Positions 20,193 through 31,303 of a DNA stretch of 64,000 nt are shown here, in pieces. The notes beneath the pieces were generated by a model, which did no database searches, was not told where the DNA came from, and worked only from the letters and a program-made list of their open reading frames with translations. Made by a program: the position numbers and the translations under genes. The stretch's first letter is position 1. Every line of letters starts with the position of its first letter. This DNA is from Phycisphaerae bacterium (GTDB lineage Bacteria > Planctomycetota > Phycisphaerae > UBA1845 > Fen-1342): the NCBI GenBank assembly GCA_050115495.1, contig JASFQK010000003.1:128001-192000 (forward strand), written 5' to 3'.

Positions 20193-20270
20193 GGGGAGGT
20201 TGGGGGATTCGTCCGATAATGTTCGAGAGGGGGTTCGAAGGTCGGGAGGGGACTGCGCGGGCGGGGCGGT

Positions 20271-20310
20271 AGCCATCAGCCTTCAGCCGTCAGCCTTCAG
20301 CTTCCAGCCG
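20271..20310 (+). repeat. Heptamer tandem repeat identical to 4627-4657
   Basis: agccatcagccttcagccgtcagccttcagc. Confidence 0.8.
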
Positions 20311-20653
20311 CCGTCCGTCGGCCTTCGTGTTCGGGAGCGGGGTGAGCGTACGGCTGCACTGCTCAAGAGCAGTGGCACACGGGGGCGGGGTTGGGCTGGT
20401 CGGTAGCCCTGCGCGCATGCGGACGTTGTTTGGGCGGGTGACGACCGATGCGGAGGTTGGTTGTTGCGGGGGGTGGATAGACGGCGCGCGGGGTGGCCGG
20501 TGGGGGCGGGTGGTTTTGCGGCTTGACACCGGCGGGGCGGGGGCGTAGCTTGAGAAGCTCGTCGGTGAGCTAAGTTGCGTACTGGCTTGGGTCTACCCGC
20601 GCGAGCGGGGGCGGTCGCGCTTGGGTCCGGGATCCGTGCAATCGGGAGCAGGC

Positions 20654-20839
20654 ATGTTACCGGTTACAAAGAAATCGAAATCACGCAAACGCACCCGCCG
20701 GTCTCATCTGGCGCTGCGTGGCGTGCAGTTGTCTGCGTGCCCGCAATGCGGGCAGGCCAAGCGGACGCATGCCGCATGCGCTAACTGCGGCTATGTGAAC
20801 GCGCATACCAAGATCAAGGTCGGGACCGAGGAGTCTTAA
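20654..20839 (+). CDS. rpmF: 50S ribosomal protein L32 (Zn-ribbon type)
   Basis: KKSKSRKRTRRSH...CPQCG...HAACANCGY; directly upstream of plsX. Confidence 0.95.
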   Translation: MLPVTKKSKSRKRTRRSHLALRGVQLSACPQCGQAKRTHAACANCGYVNAHTKIKVGTEES

Positions 20840-20844
20840 CCACC

Positions 20845-21831
20845 ATGCGGATCGCCGTGGACGCGATGGGGGGAGATCACGCGCCGCGGGAGACTGTCCG
20901 GGGCGCAGGCCGAGGGCTCACGTTCCTGGCCGACAACGACGAGCTGATCCTGTACGGGCCGCAGGAGCGCGTCGAGCAGGAATGCCGCGAACTCGGTCTG
21001 TCCGACCGTCGCCTGCGCGTTGAACCGTGCTCTGAAGTCATCGGGATGGATGAGCCGCCGATCGAGGCCCTGCGCCACAAGCGGGACTCGACCATCTACC
21101 GTATGGCCCAGGCTGCGGCCCAGGGCGAGGTGGACGCGATCATCTCGGCGGGCAACACGGGGGCGTTCGCCGCAGCGTGCCAGCTCAAGATCGGCACCCT
21201 GCCGGGCGTGTCCCGGCCGGGGATCGCCGTGGCCATTCCCACGTTTCACGGCGCCGTGCTGGTCTGTGACGTCGGGGCCAACGTCGCCCCGAAGCCGCGG
21301 CACCTGTACGAATACGCCTGGATGAGCACGTGCTACGCGCGCGAGCTGCTGAAGGTCAAAGAGCCGCGGGTCGCGATGATGTCCATCGGCGAAGAGGACG
21401 CCAAGGGCAACACGCTGGTCAAGGAAGCCCGGCAGCTCATCAAGCAGGATGAGTCGCTGCGTTTCGTCGGGAACGTCGAGGGACGCGACCTGCTCTCCGG
21501 AGCGTGCGACGTCTGCATCTGCGACGGCTTCGTCGGGAACGTCATTCTGAAACTGACCGAGGGGCTGGCCGAGGGGCTGTTCAAGACGATCGTGCATGAA
21601 ATCAAGGAGGCCTGCGCGGACCTCGTGCCGCGCTTCGAGCCGATCGTGCAGCGCATCTGGGCCCGGCACGACTTCGCCGAGTACGGCGGCGCTCCGCTGC
21701 TGGGCATCAACAGCGTGGCGATCATCTGCCACGGGCGCAGCGACGAACGAGCGATCGGCAACGCCATCCGCGTGGCTCAGGAGGAGATCCGCGTGCGGCT
21801 GAATGAGATTATCGCCAAGGGTGGGCTATGA
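20845..21831 (+). CDS. plsX: Phosphate acyltransferase
   Basis: IAVDAMGGDHAP, SAGNTGA, CDGFVGNV, YGGAPLLG, ICHGRS. Confidence 0.96.
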   Translation: MRIAVDAMGGDHAPRETVRGAGRGLTFLADNDELILYGPQERVEQECRELGLSDRRLRVEPCSEVIGMDEPPIEALRHKRDSTIYRMAQAAAQGEVDAIISAGNTGAFAAACQLKIGTLPGVSRPGIAVAIPTFHGAVLVCDVGANVAPKPRHLYEYAWMSTCYARELLKVKEPRVAMMSIGEEDAKGNTLVKEARQLIKQDESLRFVGNVEGRDLLSGACDVCICDGFVGNVILKLTEGLAEGLFKTIVHEIKEACADLVPRFEPIVQRIWARHDFAEYGGAPLLGINSVAIICHGRSDERAIGNAIRVAQEEIRVRLNEIIAKGGL

Positions 21832-22820
21832 AGCTGGGCTGGCCCGTTGAGCTGGCCGGCACCGGCCTGTACGTTCCGGAGCGCGTAGTTACCAACGAAG
21901 ACTTCATGCGGCGGCTCGATACGTCGGACGAGTGGATCGTGCAGCGCACGGGGATCCACGAGCGGCGGATCATCGGGCCGGACGACAGCACGCTGACGAT
22001 GGCCACGGAGGCGTGCAAGGCCGCGCTGGCCGACGCCGGGATAACGCCGGAAGACGTGGACCTGATCATCTGCGGAACGATCACGCCGGAGTACATCCTG
22101 CCGTCGACGGCGTGTCTCCTGCAGGACACGCTGGGTTGCCGCTGGGTGCCGGCGTTCGACCTGTCGGCGGCGTGCAGCGGGTACGTGTGGAGCTTCCTGA
22201 CCGGTGCTCAGTACATCGCCAGTGGCATGGCGCGCAACGTGCTCGTGGTCGGCGCCGAGACGCTGACGGCCATCACCGACATGGAAGACCGGGCTACGGC
22301 GATCCTGTTCGGCGACGGGGCCGGGGCGGCCGTGCTGCGGGCGGCCACCGATCCACAGCGTGGCATTCTGGCGGCGCGGCAGGGGGCCGACGGCAAACGC
22401 GGCATGCTGATCAATATCCCCGCCGGCGGTGCACGCCATCCGGCGTCGGAGAAGACGGTCGCCGAGCGCATGCACTACATGCGCATGCGCGGGCGCGAGG
22501 TCTATAAGTTCGCCGTCACGCAGATGCACGAGATCATCCACGAGACGGCGGCCGATGCCGGTGTCTCGGTGGCTGATCTCGCCCTGGTCGTGCCGCACCA
22601 GTCGAACCTGCGGATCATCGAGTCGGCGTGCGAGCGGGCCGGTGTGCCCGCGGAGCGCGTCCTCGTGAACATCGATCGCTACGGCAACACTTCGGCCGCC
22701 TCGGTGGGCATCGCCCTGCACGAGGCCCGGCGCGACGGACGGATCAAGTCCGGCGACCTGGTGATGCTGGTGGCGTTCGGCGCCGGCCTGACGTGGGGTT
22801 CCGTGCTGATGAGGGTCTAG
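21828..22820 (+). CDS. fabH: Beta-ketoacyl-ACP synthase III
   Basis: DTSDEWI, AACSGY, FGDGAGA, PHQSN, YGNTSAAS, FGAGLTWG. Confidence 0.96.
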   Translation: MKLGWPVELAGTGLYVPERVVTNEDFMRRLDTSDEWIVQRTGIHERRIIGPDDSTLTMATEACKAALADAGITPEDVDLIICGTITPEYILPSTACLLQDTLGCRWVPAFDLSAACSGYVWSFLTGAQYIASGMARNVLVVGAETLTAITDMEDRATAILFGDGAGAAVLRAATDPQRGILAARQGADGKRGMLINIPAGGARHPASEKTVAERMHYMRMRGREVYKFAVTQMHEIIHETAADAGVSVADLALVVPHQSNLRIIESACERAGVPAERVLVNIDRYGNTSAASVGIALHEARRDGRIKSGDLVMLVAFGAGLTWGSVLMRV

Positions 22821-22822
22821 TG

Positions 22823-23743
22823 ATGAGCGGCAATGCAGCGATATTCCCGGGGCAGGGGGCCCAGGAAGTCGGCATGGGCCAGGATGTGTTCGCAGCCTGC
22901 AACGTGGCGGCGGAGACGTTCGCGGCCGCCGACCAGGTGCTCGGCTTCGAGCTGTCGAAACTCTGCTTCGAGGGCCCGGCCGATCGCCTGAACGCGACAG
23001 ACATCCAGCAGCCGGCGATCTTCACGACGAGCGTGGCGCTGTTTCGGGCGGCGCTGGATCGCGGCTTGCTGAAGGCGGATCAGTTCGCCGCCATGGGTGG
23101 CCTGAGCCTCGGCGAGTACACGGCCCTGCACCTGGCTGGCGCCCTGTCGTTCGAGGCGGCCCTGCGGCTCGTCTATCGCCGGGGGCAGCTCATGCAGCAG
23201 GCCTGCGAGGCCAGCCCCGGCGGCATGGTCTCGCTGATGGGCATGAACGAGGAGCAGGTGCTGGCCCTCTGTGAGCGCGTGCAAGAGCACGGCCGCGTCG
23301 GGCCGGCGAACTTCAACTGCCCGGGGCAGATCGTGATTTCGGGCGACCGGGCGGCGTGCACGGCGGCCACGGGACAGGCGGAGGCGTTCGGCGGGCGGGC
23401 CATTCCGCTCGACGTCGCCGGCGCCTTCCACAGCGAATTGATGCGGCCGGCGGCGGAGGCCCTGCGCGAGACGCTGGCGGCCAGCGAGTTCCAGACGCCG
23501 CGCGTGCGGGTTATCACCAACGTCAACGCCGAGTATCATGGCGATCCGGCGAGCATCCGCGACGCGCTGTACCAACAGGTGTTCAATCCAGTCCGCTGGC
23601 ACGCCTGCGTGGAGCGGCTGGTGGCGGACGGTTGCGACGCGTTCTGGGAGGTGGGGCCGAAACGCGTCCTGGCCGGCCTGATGCGGAAGATCAACCGCCA
23701 GGTGAAGACCAGCAACGTGGGCAAGCTCTCGGATCTGGGCTGA
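22823..23743 (+). CDS. fabD: Malonyl-CoA:ACP transacylase
   Basis: FPGQGAQ, GLSLGEY, AGAFHS, PVRW. Confidence 0.95.
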   Translation: MSGNAAIFPGQGAQEVGMGQDVFAACNVAAETFAAADQVLGFELSKLCFEGPADRLNATDIQQPAIFTTSVALFRAALDRGLLKADQFAAMGGLSLGEYTALHLAGALSFEAALRLVYRRGQLMQQACEASPGGMVSLMGMNEEQVLALCERVQEHGRVGPANFNCPGQIVISGDRAACTAATGQAEAFGGRAIPLDVAGAFHSELMRPAAEALRETLAASEFQTPRVRVITNVNAEYHGDPASIRDALYQQVFNPVRWHACVERLVADGCDAFWEVGPKRVLAGLMRKINRQVKTSNVGKLSDLG

Positions 23744-23763
23744 AGCGCACGGGAGGTGCAACG

Positions 23764-24504
23764 GTGAGCTTGAAGGAGCAAGTGGCACTGGTGACCGGCG
23801 GGTCGCGCGGCATCGGCCAGGCGATTTGTGTGGAGCTGGCCCGGCAGGGGGCCACCGTCGTGGCCGCCGCCCGTAACGTGGCCCGTATCCAGGAGTGGAT
23901 CGAGCAGGAGTCAGAGCTGGCCGGCCGTGTCACGGCGGCGAGCGTCGACGTCACCGATCGGGCGGCGGTGGACAGCCTGATCGAGCAGACCGTCGAACAC
24001 GCGGGCCGCATCGATATCCTGGTCAACAACGCCGGCATCACCCGCGATGGGCTGGTCATGAGCATGGAAGATGACCAGTTCGACGACGTGCTGAACACGA
24101 ATCTGCGGGCGGCCTTCTGGACGACGCGGGCGGTGTGCCGGCACATGATCCGGGCCCGCCGCGGGCGCATCATCAACATCTCCAGTGTTTCCGGCATCAT
24201 GGGAAATCCCGGCCAGGCGAACTACGCAGCGGCCAAGGCCGGGCTCATCGGCATGACCAAATCGGTGGCCAAGGAAGTGGCCAAGCGCGGCGTAACCTGT
24301 AACGCCGTGGCACCCGGCTTCATTCAGACCGAGATGGTCGAGACCCTGCCGGAGAAGTACCTGGCCGAGATCACGCCGCTGATTCCGATGCGGCGTATCG
24401 GTCGCCCGGAGGAAGTGGCGGCGCTGGTGGCCTTCCTGGCCAGCCCGGGCGCCAGCTACGTCACCGGGCAGGTCTTCGTCGTCGACGGCGGATTGCATAC
24501 CTAG
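23764..24504 (+). CDS. fabG: 3-oxoacyl-ACP reductase
   Basis: GTG start; [27 protein letters not shown]. Confidence 0.95.
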   Translation: MSLKEQVALVTGGSRGIGQAICVELARQGATVVAAARNVARIQEWIEQESELAGRVTAASVDVTDRAAVDSLIEQTVEHAGRIDILVNNAGITRDGLVMSMEDDQFDDVLNTNLRAAFWTTRAVCRHMIRARRGRIINISSVSGIMGNPGQANYAAAKAGLIGMTKSVAKEVAKRGVTCNAVAPGFIQTEMVETLPEKYLAEITPLIPMRRIGRPEEVAALVAFLASPGASYVTGQVFVVDGGLHT

Positions 24505-24561
24505 TACTCCCGCCGCCGATTCGCGACCACTTCCATCTCATTCGACGAAAGGACGCGTAAC

Positions 24562-25671
24562 GTGCCCGCCCATCCCAAAGCGATCCGACGCATCGGCGTG
24601 TTGACCGGCGGCGGCGACTGCCCCGGGCTCAACGCGGTCATCCGGGTGGTAACCAAGGCGGCCATCTCCAAGCTCGGCTTGCAGGTCGTCGGCATCGAGG
24701 ACGGCTTCCTCGGGCTGATCCGCAACCGCATGCGCATGCTCGATACGACGGCCGTGTCGAACATCCTGGCCACCGGGGGCACGATTCTGGGGACGAGCAA
24801 CAAGGCGAATCCGTCCCGCTTCGCCGTCGGCACCGACGCCGAGGGCAAGCCTATCTTCGAGGACGTCACGCAGCGCGTGCTCGAGCATTTGCAGGAACGC
24901 GAGATCGACGGGCTCATCTGCATCGGCGGCGATGGAACGATGTCCGGGGCGATCAACCTGATCAAGCGCGGCATACCCTGCATCGGCGTGCCGAAGACGA
25001 TCGACAACGACCTGATGCACAGCGACATCACGTTCGGCTTCACGACGGCGGTGGAGACGGCGACGGGGTGCCTGGACCGCATCCACTCGACCGCGTCGAG
25101 CCACCACCGGGTGATGGTGGTCGAGCTGATGGGGCGGAACGCCGGCTGGCTGGCGCTGCACGCTGGCCTGGCCAGCGGATCGGACGTCGTGCTGATTCCG
25201 GAGATTCCCTTCGATATCGAGAAGGTGTGCGAGACGTGCCTGCACCGCTCGAAACACGGTAAGCGTTTCACGCTCGTCGCCGTCTCGGAGGGCGCCCGTC
25301 CGAAGGGTGGCCAGCAGGTTGTCGACAAGATCGTGCACGACAGTCCGGACCCGATTCGTCTCGGCGGTGTGAGCACGGTTCTGGCCGAGCAGATCTCCGC
25401 GCGAACCCACCTGGAAACGCGGGCGACGATCCTGGGACATATTCAGCGCGGCGGCCCGCCCGTTGCCGCGGACCGCGTGCTGGCTACGACGCTGGGGCAC
25501 CGGGCCATTCAGCTCGTCGCCACGGGTGAATGGAACAATGTGGTCGTCGTGCAGGAAGGGGAGACGCGTTTCGTGCCCATCGAATCCGTGGCCGATCAGC
25601 AGCGGTGCGTGCCCGAGGACGATCCACTCATCGGCGTGGCCCGATCCATCGACACCTGCATGGGTGACTGA
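24562..25671 (+). CDS. pfkA: 6-phosphofructokinase (PfkA family)
   Basis: TGGGDCPGLN, GGDGT, PKTIDND, MGRNAG, LGHIQRGG. Confidence 0.93.
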   Translation: MPAHPKAIRRIGVLTGGGDCPGLNAVIRVVTKAAISKLGLQVVGIEDGFLGLIRNRMRMLDTTAVSNILATGGTILGTSNKANPSRFAVGTDAEGKPIFEDVTQRVLEHLQEREIDGLICIGGDGTMSGAINLIKRGIPCIGVPKTIDNDLMHSDITFGFTTAVETATGCLDRIHSTASSHHRVMVVELMGRNAGWLALHAGLASGSDVVLIPEIPFDIEKVCETCLHRSKHGKRFTLVAVSEGARPKGGQQVVDKIVHDSPDPIRLGGVSTVLAEQISARTHLETRATILGHIQRGGPPVAADRVLATTLGHRAIQLVATGEWNNVVVVQEGETRFVPIESVADQQRCVPEDDPLIGVARSIDTCMGD

Positions 25672-25722
25672 CGCGGCGCCGGCGGCGGGCCTGACCCGGC
25701 ACGCGGAACGGGAAGGAATCGC

Positions 25723-26163
25723 ATGATCCGGCGACTGGTCAGCGCGGCGCTGCTGGTGGGCGGGTTGCTCGCCCTCGGTCGGGCGCTGTTGACCGAGCCG
25801 CTCGATCAGCGGCGGGCGGTGGCGGTGACGCTGCTGCTGGCGGTGGGGGCCGGGTTGAACGTGATTGGTTTGCTGGGCAGCACGCTGCCCGTGCGGAACT
25901 GGCTGCGTGGACTGGCGGTGGTCGTCGGATTGGCGGCGCTGGCGGCAGTGCTGGGTCTGCGGTGGTCGGCCGAGCGCGTGCTCGATGACGTTTCGCCGGC
26001 CAACCGCGAGGGGCGGGCGTACGTTTCGCAGGTGCTGGGTGGGTCGCAGTGGCACGCCCTGGGTGTGGGTTACGCGACGGTTTCGGTTCTGTTTCTGCCA
26101 CCGTATCGCCGGTCGAAAGCCGCGCCGGCTGCGGATGTTCCGCCGGAGGGTGAGGCGGAGTAG
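25723..26163 (+). CDS. Small multi-pass membrane hypothetical protein
   Basis: Four hydrophobic segments; AAGGA SD. Confidence 0.6.
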   Translation: MIRRLVSAALLVGGLLALGRALLTEPLDQRRAVAVTLLLAVGAGLNVIGLLGSTLPVRNWLRGLAVVVGLAALAAVLGLRWSAERVLDDVSPANREGRAYVSQVLGGSQWHALGVGYATVSVLFLPPYRRSKAAPAADVPPEGEAE

Positions 26164-26270
26164 GGGGGGGGCGGGGTTTGCCGCTGATGAGCGAGCGGCT
26201 ATCGTAGCCGGGGCGAGCCGCGGAGTGGTGCGGCTGGCGCCGGTTGGCTATGACGGAAGGATGGATGCCG

Positions 26271-26816
26271 ATGTCGGGCAACCTGTGTGAACATTGCACG
26301 GGCGTGTGCTGCAAGTACATCGCCCTGCCGATCGATACGCCGGAGACGAAGGCCGATTTCGACGATGTGCGGTGGTATCTGCTGCACGAGAACGTGTCGG
26401 TGTTCGTGGAGGACGGGTCGTGGTACATCAACATGGCGACGCCATGCCGGCATTTGCAGGCGGACAATCGTTGTGGGATTTACGCGACGCGGCCGCGGAT
26501 TTGCCGGAAGTACACGACCGATAACTGCGACTACCATTCGGGTGATTACGGGTGGGAGCAGCATTTCACCTGCCCCGAGCATCTGGATGTCTATGTAACC
26601 GAGAAAGTCTCGAAGTCCGGGAATCGCAAGGTTAGAAATGGATCCTCGAATACACGGGGATCCGAGAAATCCTCGAAGAGCAAGATACACTTGAATAGGA
26701 AGATGCCCGGTCCCGGCAGCGGCGTGATCGGGCGTGATCCAGCGGGGGCGCGGCTGGCCGAGGCGCGGACGGATATCGCCGGCGTGAACCTGCCCGTGCT
26801 GGGAGACGGCGCATGA
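26271..26816 (+). CDS. YkgJ family Cys-cluster protein
   Basis: CEHCTGVCCKY, CRHL...CGIYATRPRICRKY. Confidence 0.85.
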   Translation: MSGNLCEHCTGVCCKYIALPIDTPETKADFDDVRWYLLHENVSVFVEDGSWYINMATPCRHLQADNRCGIYATRPRICRKYTTDNCDYHSGDYGWEQHFTCPEHLDVYVTEKVSKSGNRKVRNGSSNTRGSEKSSKSKIHLNRKMPGPGSGVIGRDPAGARLAEARTDIAGVNLPVLGDGA

Positions 26817-28114
26817 AGATCCAGTCCCCGCCGGGAATGCGTGATTTCTACCCCGACGACATGCGCCGGCAGCGCTGGCTGTTCGACCTGTGGCGCGACG
26901 TGTCACTGGCCTGCGGCTGTGAGGAGTACGAAGGGCCCATCTTCGAATATCTCGACCTGTACACGGTCAAGAGCGGAGAGGGCATCGTCTCGGAGCTGTT
27001 CAATTTCACCGATCGCGGCGAGCGGCGGTTCGCCATCCGGCCGGAGATGACGCCGACGCTGGCTCGCATGGTGGCGGCGCGGGCGAACGCGCTGTCGCGG
27101 CCGATCAAGTGGTTCAGCGTGCCGCGGATGTGCCGGGCGGAGAAGCCGCAGCGGGGTCGGCTGCGCGAGTTCTTCCAGTGGAACGTGGACATCCTGGGTG
27201 TCGACGACGTGCTGGCCGACGCCGAGGTGATTGCGGTCGCCGTCGAGTTTCTGCGGCGGGTCGGGCTCACGCCGGCGGACGTGGTGATGCGGATCAGCAG
27301 CCGGCCGCTGGCGACGGCGGTGCTGGGGGCGCTGGGTGTCGAGCGCGAGCAGGTCGGCAGGGCGTTCGAGCTGATCGACCGGTTCGACAAGCTGGGCGTG
27401 GAGGAGTTTCGGCGGCAGTGGCAGGAGTTCGCGCCGCGCGTTTCGCCGGATGGACTGCTGGAGCAGCTCGAACGGACGGACCTGGCGGGTTGTTTGCGCC
27501 TCCTGGAGAAGGAGGGCGATGCGGGGACGGCGGCGCGGCAGCAGTTCGAGGAGTTATGGGAGCGGCTGCGGGCGCTCGACGTGGTCGAGTATTGCGCGTT
27601 CGACCTGAAGGTCGTGCGCGGCCTCGCGTACTACACCGGGCCCGTCTTCGAGGTCACCGCCCAGCGCGGCGGCCTGCGGGCGCTGCTCGGCGGCGGACGC
27701 TACGACAACCTGACCGAATTGCTCGATGGGCCACGCGTCTCGGGCGTCGGTTTCGGCATGGGCGACGCTCCGGTCCTGGAGTGCTTGCGAGAACTCAGCA
27801 AGTTGCCGGATCTCAGCCAGACGCTCGATCTGTTCGTGATGGACGCGGGCGGCGAGTACTTCGACCGCGTGCTCGAAATCGCCACGCAGCTTCGGCGGGC
27901 GGGGCTGACGGTGGATTTCTCGTACAAGCGGCAGGCGATCGGGAAGCAGTTCAAGCAGGCGTCGGGCCGTGGAGCCCGGTATGCGATCGTCGTCGGCGGC
28001 GAATACGACGAAAAACGACAGTTGACGGTGAAGAACCTATCCACGGGCGAGCAGGAGGCGGTGTCGGCCGAGAAGCTCCTGGCGGACCCGCGTGCGCTGC
28101 TGGCGAGCATTTGA
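26813..28114 (+). CDS. hisS: Histidine--tRNA ligase
   Basis: PGMRDF, RPEMTP, EKPQRGRLREFFQ, RGLAYYTG, GGGRYD. Confidence 0.96.
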   Translation: MKIQSPPGMRDFYPDDMRRQRWLFDLWRDVSLACGCEEYEGPIFEYLDLYTVKSGEGIVSELFNFTDRGERRFAIRPEMTPTLARMVAARANALSRPIKWFSVPRMCRAEKPQRGRLREFFQWNVDILGVDDVLADAEVIAVAVEFLRRVGLTPADVVMRISSRPLATAVLGALGVEREQVGRAFELIDRFDKLGVEEFRRQWQEFAPRVSPDGLLEQLERTDLAGCLRLLEKEGDAGTAARQQFEELWERLRALDVVEYCAFDLKVVRGLAYYTGPVFEVTAQRGGLRALLGGGRYDNLTELLDGPRVSGVGFGMGDAPVLECLRELSKLPDLSQTLDLFVMDAGGEYFDRVLEIATQLRRAGLTVDFSYKRQAIGKQFKQASGRGARYAIVVGGEYDEKRQLTVKNLSTGEQEAVSAEKLLADPRALLASI

Positions 28115-28219
28115 ACGAGCGCGGACACGGGGTGGGAGAGAACAGGGGGGCGGGCGGTGCAGCTCGAAGGAGAGCGGGCACACAGGGCTCGCACGGGCTT
28201 TCACCCTCCGCCGCGACGC

Positions 28220-28244
28220 GTGACGCCGCACTGGGCGGCGTCAC
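28220..28244. terminator. Hairpin between convergent genes
   Basis: GTGACGCCGC-actgg-GCGGCGTCAC, perfect 10-bp stem. Confidence 0.5.
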
Positions 28245-28293
28245 ACGCCACGGCCGGAATTACCCGGCGCGGGAGGGGAGAGGAGGCCACCAA

Positions 28294-30897
28294 TCAACCG
28301 CCGGTCAGCAGGTCGATGAAGGGGGAGATGTCGAAGTTGTTCAGAGTACCGTCGCTGTTGATGTCTCCGTTAAGCAAGTCGCAATCGGGGTACTGCTCGG
28401 CGTAGGCGGTCGGGTTGGTGAGAGCCTGGACAAACGGGCTGATGTCGAAGTTGTTGACCACACCGTCGCAGTTGAGGTCGCCGAGCGCGTGGCCGACTGA
28501 GAAGAGCATCAGCCCGTCGATGAAGGGGCTGGGGGCGAGGGCGCGGGCGGTGGCCTCGTTGAACACGAGCATGCCGGCCGGCAGTTGCGTATCGACCTGG
28601 TCGGTCACCGTGTTAGTCGCCGTGTCGATCACCAGGAACTCGCCAGCTACGTCGATGTTGAAAGCGGGGCCGGGCCCGACCGTCACGGAGAACGAGCCGG
28701 TTGCGGCGTAGAGGTGCTCGCCGGCGGCGTCGAGCGCCAAGCCCTGGGCGGCGTTGTCACCGGTGGAGATGGTCGACGTCATGACCCGTGCGGAGACATC
28801 AACGACAGCGATGTTATTGGAATTGCCGTTGATGACGTACAGTGTCTGCCCGTCTGGCGAGACCGCCATCTCGTAGGGCATGTCACCGACGTCGACGGTA
28901 CCGGTGATTGCTGAGTCGGAGCCGGCGTTGTCCACGATGGCCACGAGGTCGTTGTTCTTGTTGCTGACGAAGATGGTGGAGTCGTCAGCGGAGAAGATCG
29001 CCCGCACCGGGAAATCGACCATGCTCAGGTCCTTGACGACGGACCAGGACACGGTATTGATGATCGTTAGAACATCATCGTAGCTACCGCACACCACGAG
29101 CGTGTTGCCGTCATGGCTGAGCGTCATGCCGCTTGCTTGGTTGTACATGTAGTAGATGTTTCCCATATTGCCGCTCGGCAGTTTGGCGCCCTCGACGCTA
29201 AGCGTGTCCAGGTTGATGCGATACACGCCATCGCCGTCCGCCACGACAGCCACGTAGGCGTACTGCCCGTCGGGTGACACCTCGACCTCGCTCCCACGGC
29301 GGCCGAGAGGGACGTTCGTCACGGTGTGGCTGGCGATGTCGATGACCGAAACGAAGTAGGAATCGAGGTTGGCGACAACCGCAGTGGTGCTGTCCGGCGT
29401 GATCTCCACACCGGCGGGTCGATCCCCGACGTCCAGGGTTGCTGTTACGGTCTTCGTGGTCAGGTCGACGATTGAGACGGTGTCGCTGAGGATATTCACC
29501 GCGACGGCGGTGGTGCCGTCAGGGGAGATGGCGACGGTGCGACAACTGTCGGCTTCGGGTGCCGGCCCGGAGGGCATCACCGCCTCGACGTGCCCTGCGG
29601 TGCCGTTCGTGTTCACCACGATCAGGTCCTCGCCGGTGAGGCAGGCGGCCATCGCTGCCCGGGGGCCGATCGGTGACACACCGCCGACATCCGTCGAAAC
29701 GACACCGTTCAGGCTGGCGACGATGCTCTCGGTGGAGTAGTCGATCAGGCTACCGTTGTAGCCCACGCCGAGGCAGCAATTGCCGTCGGCCGTCGTCAGG
29801 AGCTGGGTAACGCTGGCGGTATTCAGATTGCCGGATACGGCGTCGGTGATGAGGTTGACGACCCGGCAGGCGTTCGAGATGGAGACCACCGCTTTCGTTC
29901 CGGCCGGGTTGATGGCGACCGGCCCCCGGCCGTTCGCGCCGACGTCAATCGTCTTGGTGATGGTCTGGGCGGTCGTGTCGATTACCGTGATGAGGCTGCT
30001 GCTGGCGTGCGAACAGACTGCCTTCGTACGGTCCGAAGTAATGGCGATACCGCGTGGTCTACTGGTGCAGGCTACGTCGGTCGCGGAGCCGGTCGTAATG
30101 TCGATGAAGCGAATGCGGGCGTTGTAGTAATCCACGTTCAGCAGCGTGGCATTGTCGACGCACTCGAAGCCGGTAAAGGCAGCGATCACGGCGGCCGACT
30201 CGAAGTTCATCGATATGGTCGCGGAGTACGCGACACCGTCGATCTGACGCAGCTCGGTTGCCGCGGCAATATCAATCACGGATACCGTGCCGTCAGCGGT
30301 GTTGCCGACGATGGCAGTGCTGTTGTCGGGCGTGATACGCACCATGCCTGGCTGGTTCCCGACGGTGACGACGGCGGTCTCAGTATTGGTCTGCAGGTCC
30401 ACGATCGACGCCGTATCCTCGAAGATGTTGGCCGTCACGGCGTAGTGGCCGTCGGTCGTGAGCGCCAACTCGTTCGGCGAGCCTGAGAGCTGGATCTCGC
30501 CGAGAAAGGCGCGGGTGTTCGCGTCGTAGATGATCAGGTTCTGCGTATCGCGATGAGCGACGATGATCTTCGCACCGTCGGGCGTGAACGCAATCCCCGA
30601 AGGCACATCACCCTCGGGCAGTTCACCGAGGAACATGGTCTCAAATGAGGCGCTGCGCAGCGACAGATTGCGTACGAGCCCGGCCAGGTCGAGCTCCCCG
30701 CCGGGCAGATCGAAACGCTGGATCCAGGCATCGCCGTCCGGTTGGTCCAGCGTGCCGGGATACGGCGTCATCTGTCCATGGGCGTCGATCACGACATGGT
30801 CGAGTTGGGCTGAGGCACTGGCGACACCAAACAGCGCGAGGCACGCCACGACGACGCCCATGGTGAGCCGCTGTCCATCTCGTTTCCTGCGATTCAT
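28294..30897 (-). CDS. Secreted YVTN/YncE-type multi-beta-propeller protein with C-terminal dockerin-like (EF-hand) domain
   Basis: Signal peptide ending ASA-Q; many (I/V)(T/S)PDG...VSVID blades; GDLNCDGVVNNFDISPF and GDINSDGTLNNFDISPF. Confidence 0.85.
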   Translation of the reverse strand: MNRRKRDGQRLTMGVVVACLALFGVASASAQLDHVVIDAHGQMTPYPGTLDQPDGDAWIQRFDLPGGELDLAGLVRNLSLRSASFETMFLGELPEGDVPSGIAFTPDGAKIIVAHRDTQNLIIYDANTRAFLGEIQLSGSPNELALTTDGHYAVTANIFEDTASIVDLQTNTETAVVTVGNQPGMVRITPDNSTAIVGNTADGTVSVIDIAAATELRQIDGVAYSATISMNFESAAVIAAFTGFECVDNATLLNVDYYNARIRFIDITTGSATDVACTSRPRGIAITSDRTKAVCSHASSSLITVIDTTAQTITKTIDVGANGRGPVAINPAGTKAVVSISNACRVVNLITDAVSGNLNTASVTQLLTTADGNCCLGVGYNGSLIDYSTESIVASLNGVVSTDVGGVSPIGPRAAMAACLTGEDLIVVNTNGTAGHVEAVMPSGPAPEADSCRTVAISPDGTTAVAVNILSDTVSIVDLTTKTVTATLDVGDRPAGVEITPDSTTAVVANLDSYFVSVIDIASHTVTNVPLGRRGSEVEVSPDGQYAYVAVVADGDGVYRINLDTLSVEGAKLPSGNMGNIYYMYNQASGMTLSHDGNTLVVCGSYDDVLTIINTVSWSVVKDLSMVDFPVRAIFSADDSTIFVSNKNNDLVAIVDNAGSDSAITGTVDVGDMPYEMAVSPDGQTLYVINGNSNNIAVVDVSARVMTSTISTGDNAAQGLALDAAGEHLYAATGSFSVTVGPGPAFNIDVAGEFLVIDTATNTVTDQVDTQLPAGMLVFNEATARALAPSPFIDGLMLFSVGHALGDLNCDGVVNNFDISPFVQALTNPTAYAEQYPDCDLLNGDINSDGTLNNFDISPFIDLLTGG

Positions 30898-31303
30898 GCT
30901 TGCGCTCCTGTCCGACACTCTCCGGATAACAGGGGCCCAACAGACCTTGTCGGGCCACCACAACACGCCGATCTGCAGTATCCGCCGGCGAGCCTGAGCG
31001 GTCGGTACTCTCTGTCCGCCGACGGATGTCGTCGCCACGTCCGAACTGGCCGCGGCAGCGCCGCCGTGGCCCGGTGCACCTTCCTTTCCGGCCTTCGAGG
31101 GAGCCTCACTCACCGGGGAGGGTTTCATCCCTGCTTTGCGGCCCAGGAGCAGCAGGGAGAGCCGAATCCCGCGGCACCGGGTCCAATATAGCCCTCAGCT
31201 GTCCGTGTTTCAAGATTACTTCAGAGAAATCATCGGAGATATTGGCGGCGTCGTTGCGAAAAAGGCGGTGGGCTAGTAGAATTCCCATTATCAAGGTACT
31301 CAG

